From Blastococcus sp. (GTDB taxonomy: Bacteria > Actinomycetota > Actinomycetes > Mycobacteriales > Geodermatophilaceae): a stretch of DNA of 64,000 nt. Below are positions 1 to 8,957 of this stretch, in pieces. The stretch lies in NCBI GenBank assembly GCA_041640835.1, contig JBEPZM010000001.1:25098-89097 (forward strand), written 5' to 3'. Below the pieces are notes generated by a model. It saw only the letters and a list, made by a program, of their open reading frames with translations. It was not told the origin of the DNA and made no database searches. The position numbers and the translations under genes were made by a program. How positions within the stretch are numbered: the stretch's first letter is position 1; each line of letters opens with the position of its first letter.

Positions 1-158
1 TCGTAGCCCAGGAGCGCTGCCGCGGTGGGTGTCGCGTGGGTGCAACGCCCGTCGAGGTCGAGGGCGACGAGGCCGTCGGTGCGGGGCCCGAGCAGGACGG
101 GGTCGCCGGGAACCGGGCGGTGGGTCGAGCCGCGGCCGGCACCGGCTGCGGACGTCAC
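1..158 (-). CDS. PAS-domain signalling protein, N-terminal part (runs off window start)
   Basis: My translation from GTG at 158, which overlaps the TGA of the upstream gene: ...DGLVALDLDGRCTHATPTAAALLGY, a typical PAS N-terminal motif. Confidence 0.7.
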   Translation of the reverse strand, partial: MTSAAGAGRGSTHRPVPGDPVLLGPRTDGLVALDLDGRCTHATPTAAALLGY

Positions 159-1357
159 TCCGATCCGCGCTGGTCGCTCACCAGGATCTGCCCCTGGAAC
201 CGTCCCAGCTCCTCGAAGTTCTTCAGTCGCTCGACGAGGGTGTCGGTGACCTCGGTCCCTCGACCGACGAGGAGCAGCGCGTCGACGGTGTACAGGTCCT
301 CCGACACGACCATGCCCGCTCGCAGCTGGTCGACGTCGACGAGACCCTCGGCGTCGCTCCCGGCAGGCGTGAGCTCGTGGGCGGTCGCCAGGGCCTCCAC
401 GACGTCGGGGTCGTAGGCGCCCACCTCCGATCGCAGAACTCCGATGGCCCGTTCCACCGATTTCTGGACCGACATCCGGCTCTCGAAGTCGACGGCGACG
501 CGGAGGATGCGAGCGCTCAGCGGCAGGTCGGTCCCCGTCGGCACGCCCGGGCCCGAGTCCTGCCCGTCGAACCGGGCGCGCTGCCAGCCGATCGCTTCGG
601 CTGCTGCTTCCAGTCGCGGGATCGCGGCCACCAGGTCGCGGCTGAGCGCCGGCACCCGGTCGACCATCTCCCGCTCCTCCACCTCGAGCGGGCGGCCGCG
701 GTCGAGCTTGGTCAGGACCGCGGCCGGCAGAGCCACCGCGCCGAGCGAGGACAGCTGGGCGGTCATCTCCACGGCCCAGGCGTCCTGGATCTGCAGCACC
801 TGGGCCACCTCGAGGGCGGTCGAGCTGATGCGTTGCGCGCGCGCGAAGGCCACCGGCTGTGCGAGGGCCAGCGTGGCCAGCAGCGCCTCCACGGTCCGGC
901 GCAGGGTGGTGGCCAGCATCTCCTTCTCCACCGTGGCCAGGCGGTGCAGCTCGACCGCGCTGGCCAGCTCGTCGATGAGCACCTCGGGCGGGCAGGGCTT
1001 GGTGAGGAAGCGGTGGATGCTCCCCTCGTTCACCGCCGCGATGGCCGACTGGGTGTCCGCCTGGCCGGTCAGCAGGATGCGCACCACGTCCGGGTGCTGA
1101 CGGCGTACCCGGCCGAGCAGCGTGGCGCCGTCCATCTCCGGCATCCGCATGTCCGACACGATGACCGCCACGGCCTCGTCGGCCGCGGCCAGCAGCTGCA
1201 GGGCGTCCTCGCCGCCGGTCGCGGTGAGCACGTCGAACCGCTTGCGCAACTGGCGGCGGAGGCCGTCCAGCACGGCGACCTCGTCGTCCACGAACAGGAT
1301 GCGCGGGAGGGCGGTCACTTCGTATCCGGTCGAGGTCCTGGGCAGGATGGACTGCAC
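155..1357 (-). CDS. Response regulator with receiver domain plus degenerate HD-GYP (HD_5)-like domain
   Basis: RILFVDDE...VIVSDMRMPEMDG...FLTKP receiver motifs; C-terminal ARFDG...LPLSARILRVAVDF; GTG start with GGAG upstream (alternative start 1318). Confidence 0.85.
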   Translation of the reverse strand: MQSILPRTSTGYEVTALPRILFVDDEVAVLDGLRRQLRKRFDVLTATGGEDALQLLAAADEAVAVIVSDMRMPEMDGATLLGRVRRQHPDVVRILLTGQADTQSAIAAVNEGSIHRFLTKPCPPEVLIDELASAVELHRLATVEKEMLATTLRRTVEALLATLALAQPVAFARAQRISSTALEVAQVLQIQDAWAVEMTAQLSSLGAVALPAAVLTKLDRGRPLEVEEREMVDRVPALSRDLVAAIPRLEAAAEAIGWQRARFDGQDSGPGVPTGTDLPLSARILRVAVDFESRMSVQKSVERAIGVLRSEVGAYDPDVVEALATAHELTPAGSDAEGLVDVDQLRAGMVVSEDLYTVDALLLVGRGTEVTDTLVERLKNFEELGRFQGQILVSDQRGSE

Positions 1358-1431
1358 GTGCTGCTCCGTTCGTGGATGTGCGACGGGAGCCGGTCGGCCC
1401 CGCAAGATGGTCGGACGCATCGGGGTGCTGG

Positions 1432-2490
1432 TCAGGCGCAGGGCCGACGGGCCGTCGGCTGCTGCGGCGCGGCAGTGCCGGGGAACGAGCTGTCGGTGAC
1501 GATCGACGAGTGGAGCGCCCGGCGCCTCTTCTCGAGCACGACCCACTCCACCGTCGGCGCAAGCAGTTCCGTCAGCGCTTGCAGCGTGCTCCGGGCGGGG
1601 ACGGACGCGACCGCGTCCCACCGCAGGACGAGGGATCCGCGTTCACCGCTCTCGGAGATCCTGAGCGGCAGTCGTTCGACCGCCGGTCGGAGACCCCCCG
1701 GCTCCCTGGCCCAGTCGGGAACCGGCTGACCGTCGATGCACACCGGCCCGCCACCGCCGGGAACCGGGCTCTCCAGGACGATCGCCACGGCGGATGCGTG
1801 CAGGGAGAGGGTCGCGTAGCGGCTCACCACGCGCGTCAGGTCCGCGATCTCCTCGACGCCGACCAGGTCGTCGGCGAGTCGGGCGAGCAGCCCGTCCCGG
1901 TGTGCCGCGGCCCCGGAACTCTCCGCCAGCGCCGCTGAGGCAGCGTGGGCGGCGCGGCAGGTCGCCCGGGCCCGCGCCATGGCGAACGAGGACTCGGCCA
2001 TCCGCAACTCGATGGAGTACGACTGCAGCGTCAGGGAGACCGCTGCGGACCGCTCGAGCAGCCAGGCGATCTGCTGCTCGGGCCACGCGCGGGGCCGGAA
2101 GTCCATCGCGCAGAGCGCGCCGACGGGTTGTCCGGCCAGGTTGTGCAGCGGCACGCCCGCGTAGGCGACCACCCCCAGGGACGCCACGGCGGGCGAATCG
2201 TGCAGCGTCGGGTGACCGCGGAGGTCGTTGACCACGAAGGGTGCGCCGGACCGCACGACGTGCTGGCAGATCGAGAACGCCAAGGGGGCCGTCCGGTCCT
2301 TGTCGGCCGCGCTGGTCAGTCCTGCGGCACCGGGCATGGTCTGGCCGGCCTGCGAGACGATGGACACCTGCGCGATGGGGGCGTGCAGCGCCTGGGCGAC
2401 CTCCCGGGCGAAGTCGTCCAGGGCGGGGTGGGCCAGCGCGGGGAACTCGACCCAGGAGGGGAGAGGTGCGTCGGAGTGGAGCATGATCAT
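1432..2490 (-). CDS. GAF domain-containing protein
   Basis: LDDFAREVAQALHAPIAQVSIV...SICQHVV...YAGVPL...VGALCAMDFRPRAW, a GAF signature. Confidence 0.8.
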   Translation of the reverse strand: MIMLHSDAPLPSWVEFPALAHPALDDFAREVAQALHAPIAQVSIVSQAGQTMPGAAGLTSAADKDRTAPLAFSICQHVVRSGAPFVVNDLRGHPTLHDSPAVASLGVVAYAGVPLHNLAGQPVGALCAMDFRPRAWPEQQIAWLLERSAAVSLTLQSYSIELRMAESSFAMARARATCRAAHAASAALAESSGAAAHRDGLLARLADDLVGVEEIADLTRVVSRYATLSLHASAVAIVLESPVPGGGGPVCIDGQPVPDWAREPGGLRPAVERLPLRISESGERGSLVLRWDAVASVPARSTLQALTELLAPTVEWVVLEKRRRALHSSIVTDSSFPGTAAPQQPTARRPCA

Positions 2491-2693
2491 CAGCTCTCTC
2501 GAATGAAGCCGCAGGCGTTGTCCCTGTCCAGGACATGGAGCGCGATGAGCGAGACGCTCGTGGGGCGGGTCGACGGCGTGACAGAGCGTAACGTGTCGCT
2601 ACGTAGCGAACAGGGACTGTTAAACGTCGGATCCGGCACACTTTCGAGCCGCTACACGGTCGGCCCAGGTGACGCCCCCGATCCCACCCCGCC

Positions 2694-3176
2694 TCAGCCG
2701 GGGAGAGGCGGCCGACCGGACGGCGTGTCGCCCGGCTCGCGAGGGACGAGCGAGGCGACCAACGCCGCGCCGCAGATCACCAGTGACACGTAGGTCCCCG
2801 GGCCGCCGGGCGGGGTGCCGACGGTCTCCAGGGGCTTCAACTGCCCGACGAGCACCCGGAGCAGCGCCTCCAGCACCGCGCCGGCCAGCATCAGGGGCAC
2901 GAGCCCGCGGTAGCGCGCGACGACCACCCAGACCAGGAGCGCCATCAGCAGCTGCGCGCCGCCCCACTGGCCGAGCAGGGCGACGACGTTGCTCCCGCCC
3001 TCGACGTCGACGTCGATCGTGGCGATGGACACGGCGCCGCTGTCGGGGGCGAGCACGTGCACCAGGCTGCGTCCGGTGGAGACCACCGCGTAGACCACGA
3101 GGACGACGAGCGCCCACCGTGCGCCCCGGTACTCCTCGACCTGTCGCGGCAGCAGCAGTCGGGGGTCGGGGCGCAC
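2694..3176 (-). CDS. Hypothetical membrane protein (about 4 TM)
   Basis: Hydrophobic helices, RSLVHVLAPDSGAVSIATI segment, GC3-rich frame. Confidence 0.7.
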   Translation of the reverse strand: MRPDPRLLLPRQVEEYRGARWALVVLVVYAVVSTGRSLVHVLAPDSGAVSIATIDVDVEGGSNVVALLGQWGGAQLLMALLVWVVVARYRGLVPLMLAGAVLEALLRVLVGQLKPLETVGTPPGGPGTYVSLVICGAALVASLVPREPGDTPSGRPPLPG

Positions 3177-3216
3177 GGCGGGCTCGGCTCTCCTCGGGCG
3201 GCGGGGCGGGGCGCCG

Positions 3217-4623
3217 CTACTTCTTGCGGCGATTGAGCAGCTGCATGTCCGTGAAGCCCTTGTAGCCCCACGGCCCGTTCTCCACGCCGACGCCGCTCCA
3301 CTTCAGCCCACCGAACGGCAGGTTCGGCGCCAGTGCCGCGTGGGTGTTCACCCAGGCGGATCCCGCGTCGAGCTGACGGGCGACGGCCTCGCCCCGCTCG
3401 GTGTCGGTGGCCCACACCGAGGCGCCGAGGCCGAAGGTGGTGGCGTTGGCGCGCTCGATGGCGTCGTCCAGGTCGCGGTAGGCGATCACCGGCAGCGCCG
3501 GGCCGAACTGCTCCTCGTCGACGATCGCGGTGCCGTCCGCGGCGTCGGTGAGGATGGTCGGGGCGAAGAAGTAGCCCGGCCGGTCGAGGGCCGCTCCGCC
3601 GGCCGCGGCCCGCGCGCCGGAGGCGAGCGCGCCGTCGACCAGGTGCGCGACCCGGTCGAACTGCGGCCGGTTCTGGATGGGGCCGAGCTTCGTCGCCTCG
3701 TCCATCCCGTCCCCGACGACGACGCTGTTCGCCTCGGCGACCAGGGCCTCGACGACGGCGTCCTGCAGGCTCTCCGGCACGTAGACGCGCTTGACCGCGA
3801 CGCAGGTCTGGCCGTTGTTGGTGAACGCCGCGGAGAACAGCTGCTTGCCGACGACGGCGGGGTCGGCGTCGTCGAGCACGATCGCCGGGTCGTTGCCGCC
3901 GAGCTCGAGGGTGACCCGCTTCAGGTCCGCCGCGGAGGCCATCGCGACCTTCTTGCCGGCGCTGATCGAGCCGGTGAAGCTGACCTTGCGCGGCGTCGGG
4001 TGCGCGGTCATCGCCGCACCCAGGGAGTCCCCGCCGGTGACGATGTTCAGCACGCCCGGCGGCAGCGCCTGGTTGAGCACCTCGACCATCGACAGCGACG
4101 ACAGCGGCGTGTACGGCGAGGGCTTCAGCACGACGGTGTTGCCGGCGCGCAGGGCCGGGGCGATCTTCCAGGACGACAGCAGCAGCGGGAAGTTCCAGGG
4201 GGCGATCGCGGCCACGACGCCGATCGGCCGGCGCACGACCTCCACGAAGGCTGCGTCGTCGTCCTGGAGGATCTCGCGCTCCACCTCGAGGTCGGCGTAG
4301 TACTGCAGCCACATGCCGACGCCCATCACCTCGAACATGGCCTCGTTCAGCGGCTTGCCCTGCTCCTGGGTGAGCAGGGTGGCGATCTGCGGCACGGCCT
4401 CGTTGACGGCCTTGGCGGCCAGCCGCAGGGCGTCGCGGCGCGCGTCGTCGTCGCGCTTCCAGGAGCGGAACGCCTGCGCGGCGCCGTTCATGGCGTCGTC
4501 CAGCTGCTCGGCGGTGGCCTCCGGTGCGCGCGCGAACGGCTCGCCCGTCGCAGGGTTGATCACGTCGAAGGAGTCGGGGGAGGACTGCGACTCCCCGTTG
4601 ATGGTCATCAGGTGCTGGGTCAC
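3217..4623 (-). CDS. Aldehyde dehydrogenase family protein
   Basis: PWNFP, KPSPYTP, FTGS, LELGGND, NGQTC (catalytic Cys), EEQFGP. Confidence 0.95.
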   Translation of the reverse strand: MTQHLMTINGESQSSPDSFDVINPATGEPFARAPEATAEQLDDAMNGAAQAFRSWKRDDDARRDALRLAAKAVNEAVPQIATLLTQEQGKPLNEAMFEVMGVGMWLQYYADLEVEREILQDDDAAFVEVVRRPIGVVAAIAPWNFPLLLSSWKIAPALRAGNTVVLKPSPYTPLSSLSMVEVLNQALPPGVLNIVTGGDSLGAAMTAHPTPRKVSFTGSISAGKKVAMASAADLKRVTLELGGNDPAIVLDDADPAVVGKQLFSAAFTNNGQTCVAVKRVYVPESLQDAVVEALVAEANSVVVGDGMDEATKLGPIQNRPQFDRVAHLVDGALASGARAAAGGAALDRPGYFFAPTILTDAADGTAIVDEEQFGPALPVIAYRDLDDAIERANATTFGLGASVWATDTERGEAVARQLDAGSAWVNTHAALAPNLPFGGLKWSGVGVENGPWGYKGFTDMQLLNRRKK

Positions 4624-4659
4624 GTGGGGTTCCTTCTCGGGAGGGACGGGGGGAGGGGA

Positions 4660-5721
4660 TCAGGACAGGACGTCGGCGGCGTCGAGGTCGAGTGCGTGCC
4701 GGGCGTGCCGGTCGGCCATGGCCATGAACATCTCGTCGCCGCGGTCGGTGCGCTTCACGCTCATCGAGGCCAGCACCGCCATCGAGAGGCCGCCCCAGGT
4801 GCCCCGCCGGTAGTCCAGCCAGCAGTCGTCCCGGTCGTAGCCGGTGACACCGGCCGCGACCAGGCCGTCGTGGTACTCGCGGACGAGCTGGTCCTCGGCC
4901 TCGCGCCGGACGTCGGGCGCCAGGCCCGCCCCGAGGAAGTAGGCGAGGTCGCTGGGCCCCACCCCGGTCCCGCAGGTCTGCCAGTCCACGACGGTGACCT
5001 CACCGCCCGGGCCGATCAGGAGGTTGTCCAGCCGGTAGTCGACGTGGGTGACCGTCTGCGGCGTCGCGCCGGCGGGCCGGGCGTCCAGCCGGCCGAAATA
5101 GACGTCGCCGGCCTGCTTGACGTGCGGCGGGAGCGAGGCGGCGTACCGCTCCTGGAAGCCCGACCAGAGCAGCGGCAGGACCTCCTTGAGCAGCGCGCCC
5201 CGTCCGTCGGGGTCGCCGTGCAACCAGTCGAGCTGCGTGAGCGACGGGTCGCCCCACAGGGGTGCGTGCAGCTTGACCAGCTCCGCCGCGGCCGCGGCGG
5301 CCACCTCGGTGCTGCAGCCGAGCAGCTGGTCGCCGGGCTGCGCGGGCGCGAGGTCCTCGAGGAGCAGCACGAAGGACGCCGTCGGCACGTCGATGTCGGC
5401 GTGGTGCACGCGCGGAGTCCGGACCGGCAGCCGGTGCGCCAGCTCCTGGTAGAAGCGGACCTCCTTCTCGTAGGAGCGGAACGCGATCGCGGTGGCCCGG
5501 CTGCCCTCGTCGGCGGCGGGCAGCTTGGCGACCAGGGACGCCGGCCCGGCGTCCGCCTCGTCGTAGGTCAGGCCGATCCGGACGCTGTCGCACATCTGCC
5601 CCGTGCCGAGCGGCCGGACCTCCGCGTCGACGACGCGTGCCCCGTCGAGGGAGCCGGACGAGGTCAGGGCGACGGTGAGCCACTCCGGCGTCAGGGCGTC
5701 GGCCGTGTCGGCGATCAGCAC
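4660..5721 (-). CDS. APH/ecdysteroid-kinase-like phosphotransferase
   Basis: VAKLP, EVRFY, LLLEDL, HVDYRLDNLL, VVDWQ kinase-fold motifs. Confidence 0.9.
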   Translation of the reverse strand: MLIADTADALTPEWLTVALTSSGSLDGARVVDAEVRPLGTGQMCDSVRIGLTYDEADAGPASLVAKLPAADEGSRATAIAFRSYEKEVRFYQELAHRLPVRTPRVHHADIDVPTASFVLLLEDLAPAQPGDQLLGCSTEVAAAAAAELVKLHAPLWGDPSLTQLDWLHGDPDGRGALLKEVLPLLWSGFQERYAASLPPHVKQAGDVYFGRLDARPAGATPQTVTHVDYRLDNLLIGPGGEVTVVDWQTCGTGVGPSDLAYFLGAGLAPDVRREAEDQLVREYHDGLVAAGVTGYDRDDCWLDYRRGTWGGLSMAVLASMSVKRTDRGDEMFMAMADRHARHALDLDAADVLS

Positions 5722-6716
5722 GGCAGGATCCCGTCGACATCGGTGTCGGGGAAGAAGCGGTGGTGGCGGGAGCCGGTCACCTCGTAGACGGCGGTGCCGC
5801 TCCGGCCGTCTCCGGTGCGTACCCGGACGACGTTGAGCCCGCCGCGGTGGAAGGGCTCGTACGGCCGGACGAAGTCACCCTCGGCCTCGACGTCGATCGT
5901 CCGGCCGTCGGCGAGCACGAACCGGCAGTCGCCCGCGATCCCGCCGACCTGCTCGCCGTTCTTCCCGTAGGCCACGACGGCGCCGTCCCGGTCGCGCCAG
6001 TCGACGTCATAGCTGAAGCCGACCACCGGGACCGGGTCGCTGCCGTCGGCGGCGGCCCAGCAGCCGTCGGTGTAGATCGTCGCGCCGTTGGCCAGCTCCC
6101 AGTGCCAGACGCCGAGCATCCCGTCCTCGAGCTGGATCTGGAACCAGATCCAGAGCGGGCAGCGGCCGTGGTCGCGGACGCCCCAGGAGTGGTCCCGCTG
6201 ACCGGTCCAGCCGTCGATGCTGCGCTCGACGCCGTCGACGGTGTACGTGCCCGTCCAGGTGCCGGACTGCAGGATGTGGCTCTGGTCCCAGACGATGCCG
6301 TCGATGGCGCGCATCGTGCCGCGGCGCAGGCCGTAGGCCTGGGTGCGGGCGGTGAAGACGGCGTCGACCCCGATCGGGCTCACCTCGGGGTCGGCCCAGA
6401 TCCGGACCTCCTGCCACGGCTTGACGATCTCGACGCGCGCGCCGGGCACCTCGGGGGTCTGCGGGTCGTCGCCCAGTGGCCGCGCGCTGCCGTGCATGAC
6501 CTGCTGGCCGGCGATGCGGCCCATCTGCAGGCTGTCCATCTTGTCCTGCGCGGGCCGCACGGCCATGGTGAAGAAGACGGCGTCGCCGGCTCCGGAGGGG
6601 TCGTGGATGTCGAAGAAGTGGCTCTCCCGCCAGTGCGGATGCGGGGTCGCCACCGCCGGCAGGAGCTCGGGCAGCTGGTGGATCAGCTGTTCGTCGGCGG
6701 GGGTGGGTCGGGCCAC
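5715..6716 (-). CDS. Conserved hypothetical protein (AttH/tocopherol-cyclase-like beta fold, RDHSWG motif)
   Basis: WRESHFF, QSGTWTG, GQRDHSWGVR; overlaps the kinase start, so co-operonic. Confidence 0.75.
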   Translation of the reverse strand: MARPTPADEQLIHQLPELLPAVATPHPHWRESHFFDIHDPSGAGDAVFFTMAVRPAQDKMDSLQMGRIAGQQVMHGSARPLGDDPQTPEVPGARVEIVKPWQEVRIWADPEVSPIGVDAVFTARTQAYGLRRGTMRAIDGIVWDQSHILQSGTWTGTYTVDGVERSIDGWTGQRDHSWGVRDHGRCPLWIWFQIQLEDGMLGVWHWELANGATIYTDGCWAAADGSDPVPVVGFSYDVDWRDRDGAVVAYGKNGEQVGGIAGDCRFVLADGRTIDVEAEGDFVRPYEPFHRGGLNVVRVRTGDGRSGTAVYEVTGSRHHRFFPDTDVDGILPC

Positions 6717-6743
6717 GGTGCCTCCAAGGGGGTGTGACCCGGA

Positions 6744-6773
6744 ACACTAGCGAGCAATGCTCGCAACTGTCAG
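6744..6773 (-). promoter_or_regulatory. Sigma-70-type promoter with palindromic operator in the spacer
   Basis: Minus strand CTGACA-N18-TAGTGT; perfect inverted repeat GCGAGCA-A-TGCTCGC at 6750-6764; next to a TetR gene. Confidence 0.65.
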
Positions 6774-7390
6774 CCCCTCTCGAGGCCGTCCAGGAACGTG
6801 GCCAGCCCGAAGGCGAAGACGTCGTCGCTGCCGGGTCTCCGGTCGTGCGCGGCCCCCGGCGACTCGGCGGCCGCGTCGAAGGCGACGGACCCCAGCACGT
6901 AGTCGAGCAGCGCGAGGTAGGCGGCGCGCGCCCGCTCCGGGGGATGCCCGGCGGCGAGCAGGTTGTCCAGCCCGCAGGCCGAGGCCCGCATGGCGTTGGG
7001 GCCGAGGATGGGCGAGCCGCTGAGCGCGGGCACGACGTGCGGATGGCTGCGCAGCACCCGGCGGAGCTCGGTCGAGAGCTGCTCGACGCGCACCCGGCCC
7101 GGCAGCTCCGGGTCGGGCAGCCGCACCTCGCCGAGCACCGCGTCCACGAGCAGCACGAGCAGCTCGTCCCGGCTGGCGACGTGCCGGTAGAGCGTGGAGC
7201 TGCCGGTGTCCAGGCGCGTGGCCAGCGCCCGCACCGTGAGCGCGTCCATCCCCTCGGCGTCGACCAGCGCGAGCGCCTCGGTCAGCACGACCTCCAGCGT
7301 CAGGCCGTCGGTGTGCGGCCGCCGCCGGCGCAGTCGTTCCTCGTGCTGGCGCCACCAGGGGGCGCTGCCGGGAGCGGGGGCGGCGGACAT
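6770..7390 (-). CDS. TetR/AcrR family regulator (TetR_C type)
   Basis: LTVRALATRLDTGSSTLYRHVASRDEL HTH. Confidence 0.9.
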   Translation of the reverse strand: MSAAPAPGSAPWWRQHEERLRRRRPHTDGLTLEVVLTEALALVDAEGMDALTVRALATRLDTGSSTLYRHVASRDELLVLLVDAVLGEVRLPDPELPGRVRVEQLSTELRRVLRSHPHVVPALSGSPILGPNAMRASACGLDNLLAAGHPPERARAAYLALLDYVLGSVAFDAAAESPGAAHDRRPGSDDVFAFGLATFLDGLERG

Positions 7391-7429
7391 CCGCGGAAGG
7401 CTACGGCGTGGACGGGCCCCGCTGCCCGC

Positions 7430-7822
7430 TCAGCCGGTGGGGACCTCCTGGTCGATGCACATGGTGTTGCCCTCGCTGTCCTTGAACCAGGCCGCGCGGC
7501 CCAGGCCCTCGAGGGAGGCGATGTCGCCGTCCCACCGGACGCCGGGCATGTCGTACACCTCGAACGTCACGCCCTTGGCCTTCAGGTCGCGCACCTCGGC
7601 CTCGATGTCGTCCACGTGCCACTGGGCGATGGTGTGCCCGGCCTGACCGGCGAAGGCGGTCTCGTAGACGTTGAAGGCGGTCCCGCCCTCCGTCTCGTAG
7701 GTGAGGGCGACGCCGCCCATCTCGTGCGTCGGCGTCAGGCCGAGCTTGTCGGCGTAGAAGGCCCTCGCCCGGCCGAGGTCCGCGGCCGGGATGTTGGCTT
7801 CGACCCTGCTCGTGTTCAGCAT
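7430..7822 (-). CDS. VOC/glyoxalase family protein
   Basis: DLGRARAFYADKLGL...AAWFKDSEGNTM; ATG at 7822 with GGGAG RBS. Confidence 0.9.
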   Translation of the reverse strand: MLNTSRVEANIPAADLGRARAFYADKLGLTPTHEMGGVALTYETEGGTAFNVYETAFAGQAGHTIAQWHVDDIEAEVRDLKAKGVTFEVYDMPGVRWDGDIASLEGLGRAAWFKDSEGNTMCIDQEVPTG

Positions 7823-7904
7823 GGCTGGCTCCCCATCGGGATCTGCCCCCGTGCGGATGAGACCCCGTCGAGCGTGGCCCTCTCCCGCGGGCCCGGCAAG
7901 GGGA

Positions 7905-8384
7905 TCACGCGGCCTTGCGGAAGTCCCAGCTGACGACCTTCTCCGGGACGATCCGCAGCCAGGCGTGCCGGCCGTCGGCGGGGAAGCGACCGCCGGCGTA
8001 CTTGTCGCCGAACAGCCGCACCGGCTCGTCCAGCTGAGGGTCCGGCGCCCCGGTCCACGGCGTCTCGCCCAGGATCTCGGCGCGCCCGGACAGCTCGACC
8101 CCGCGGAGCTCGCCGTACTGCTCGCCCGCATCGACCAGCACCGTCACGCGGGGGTCGCGGACCAGGTTGGTCCAGCGCTGGGCGCGGATCAGGGAGTGCA
8201 GCCACAGCGTGGCGCCGTCCCAGGCGAACCACAGCGGCGAGACGTGTGCCGTGCCGTCCGGTCCGATGGTGCCCACGCGGCAGGTGCGCTCCTCGCGGAG
8301 GAAGGCGTCGACCTCCGTCGGGGACATCGCGATGCGGCGTCCCCTGCGCTGCCGGTCGGACGACTCTTCGAGGCCTGCGGTCAT
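7905..8384 (-). CDS. Pyridoxamine 5'-phosphate oxidase-like (PPOX class, probably F420-binding) protein
   Basis: VGTIGPDGTAHVSPLWF...NLVRDPRVTVLVD...YGELRGV...SWDFRK. Confidence 0.85.
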   Translation of the reverse strand: MTAGLEESSDRQRRGRRIAMSPTEVDAFLREERTCRVGTIGPDGTAHVSPLWFAWDGATLWLHSLIRAQRWTNLVRDPRVTVLVDAGEQYGELRGVELSGRAEILGETPWTGAPDPQLDEPVRLFGDKYAGGRFPADGRHAWLRIVPEKVVSWDFRKAA

Positions 8385-8486
8385 GCGATCCTCCAGGAAG
8401 TGGGTGGGCAGGAGTGTGGCGCAGTTCATCGCGCGTTGACAAACATTTCACTTCGTCAAAGGTTGCGTCGGCGTTAGGGTTTTCAG

Positions 8487-8957
8487 GTGCCCGAACAGTC
8501 CGACGACCTCCACGACGTGATCGTGGACTTCGTGACCCGCCTGATGACCATCAGCGAGTCCGACGGCCTGGACGCGCTGATCGCCAGTGACCTGTCGTTC
8601 TCCCAGGCACGCAGCCTGTTCCTGCTGGCCAAGACCGCCGAGCCGATGCCCATCCACTCGATCGCCGAGGCCCTCGGGCTCTCGGTGGCCGCGGCCGGCC
8701 GCACCGTCGACCAGCTCCTGCACCTCGACCTGGTCGAGCGGCGGGAGAGCGCCAGCGACCGGCGGGTCAAGCTCGTGTCGCTGACGTCGGTCGGCGAGCG
8801 GCTCGTGGCGCAGCACGTCGAGGCCAAGCGCGACTCGGTGCGGTCCTTCACCCGCGCCCTTCCCCCGGAGCAGCGCGACCAGCTGCACCGGGTGCTGACC
8901 GACATCCTCGCGGGCGGCGTCCTCCGCCCGCGTACAGACCAGGAGAACTGCCTGTGA
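8487..8957 (+). CDS. MarR family regulator
   Basis: LSFSQARSL...VERRESASDRRVKLVSLT; TAGGGT 6 nt upstream suggests a leaderless transcript. Confidence 0.9.
   Translation: MPEQSDDLHDVIVDFVTRLMTISESDGLDALIASDLSFSQARSLFLLAKTAEPMPIHSIAEALGLSVAAAGRTVDQLLHLDLVERRESASDRRVKLVSLTSVGERLVAQHVEAKRDSVRSFTRALPPEQRDQLHRVLTDILAGGVLRPRTDQENCL

Noticed and set aside
8405-8431. Fourth SigG-type promoter upstream of the PPOX gene
   Set aside because: CGATGA is present, but the position 18 nt downstream reads CCA rather than GTC or GTT
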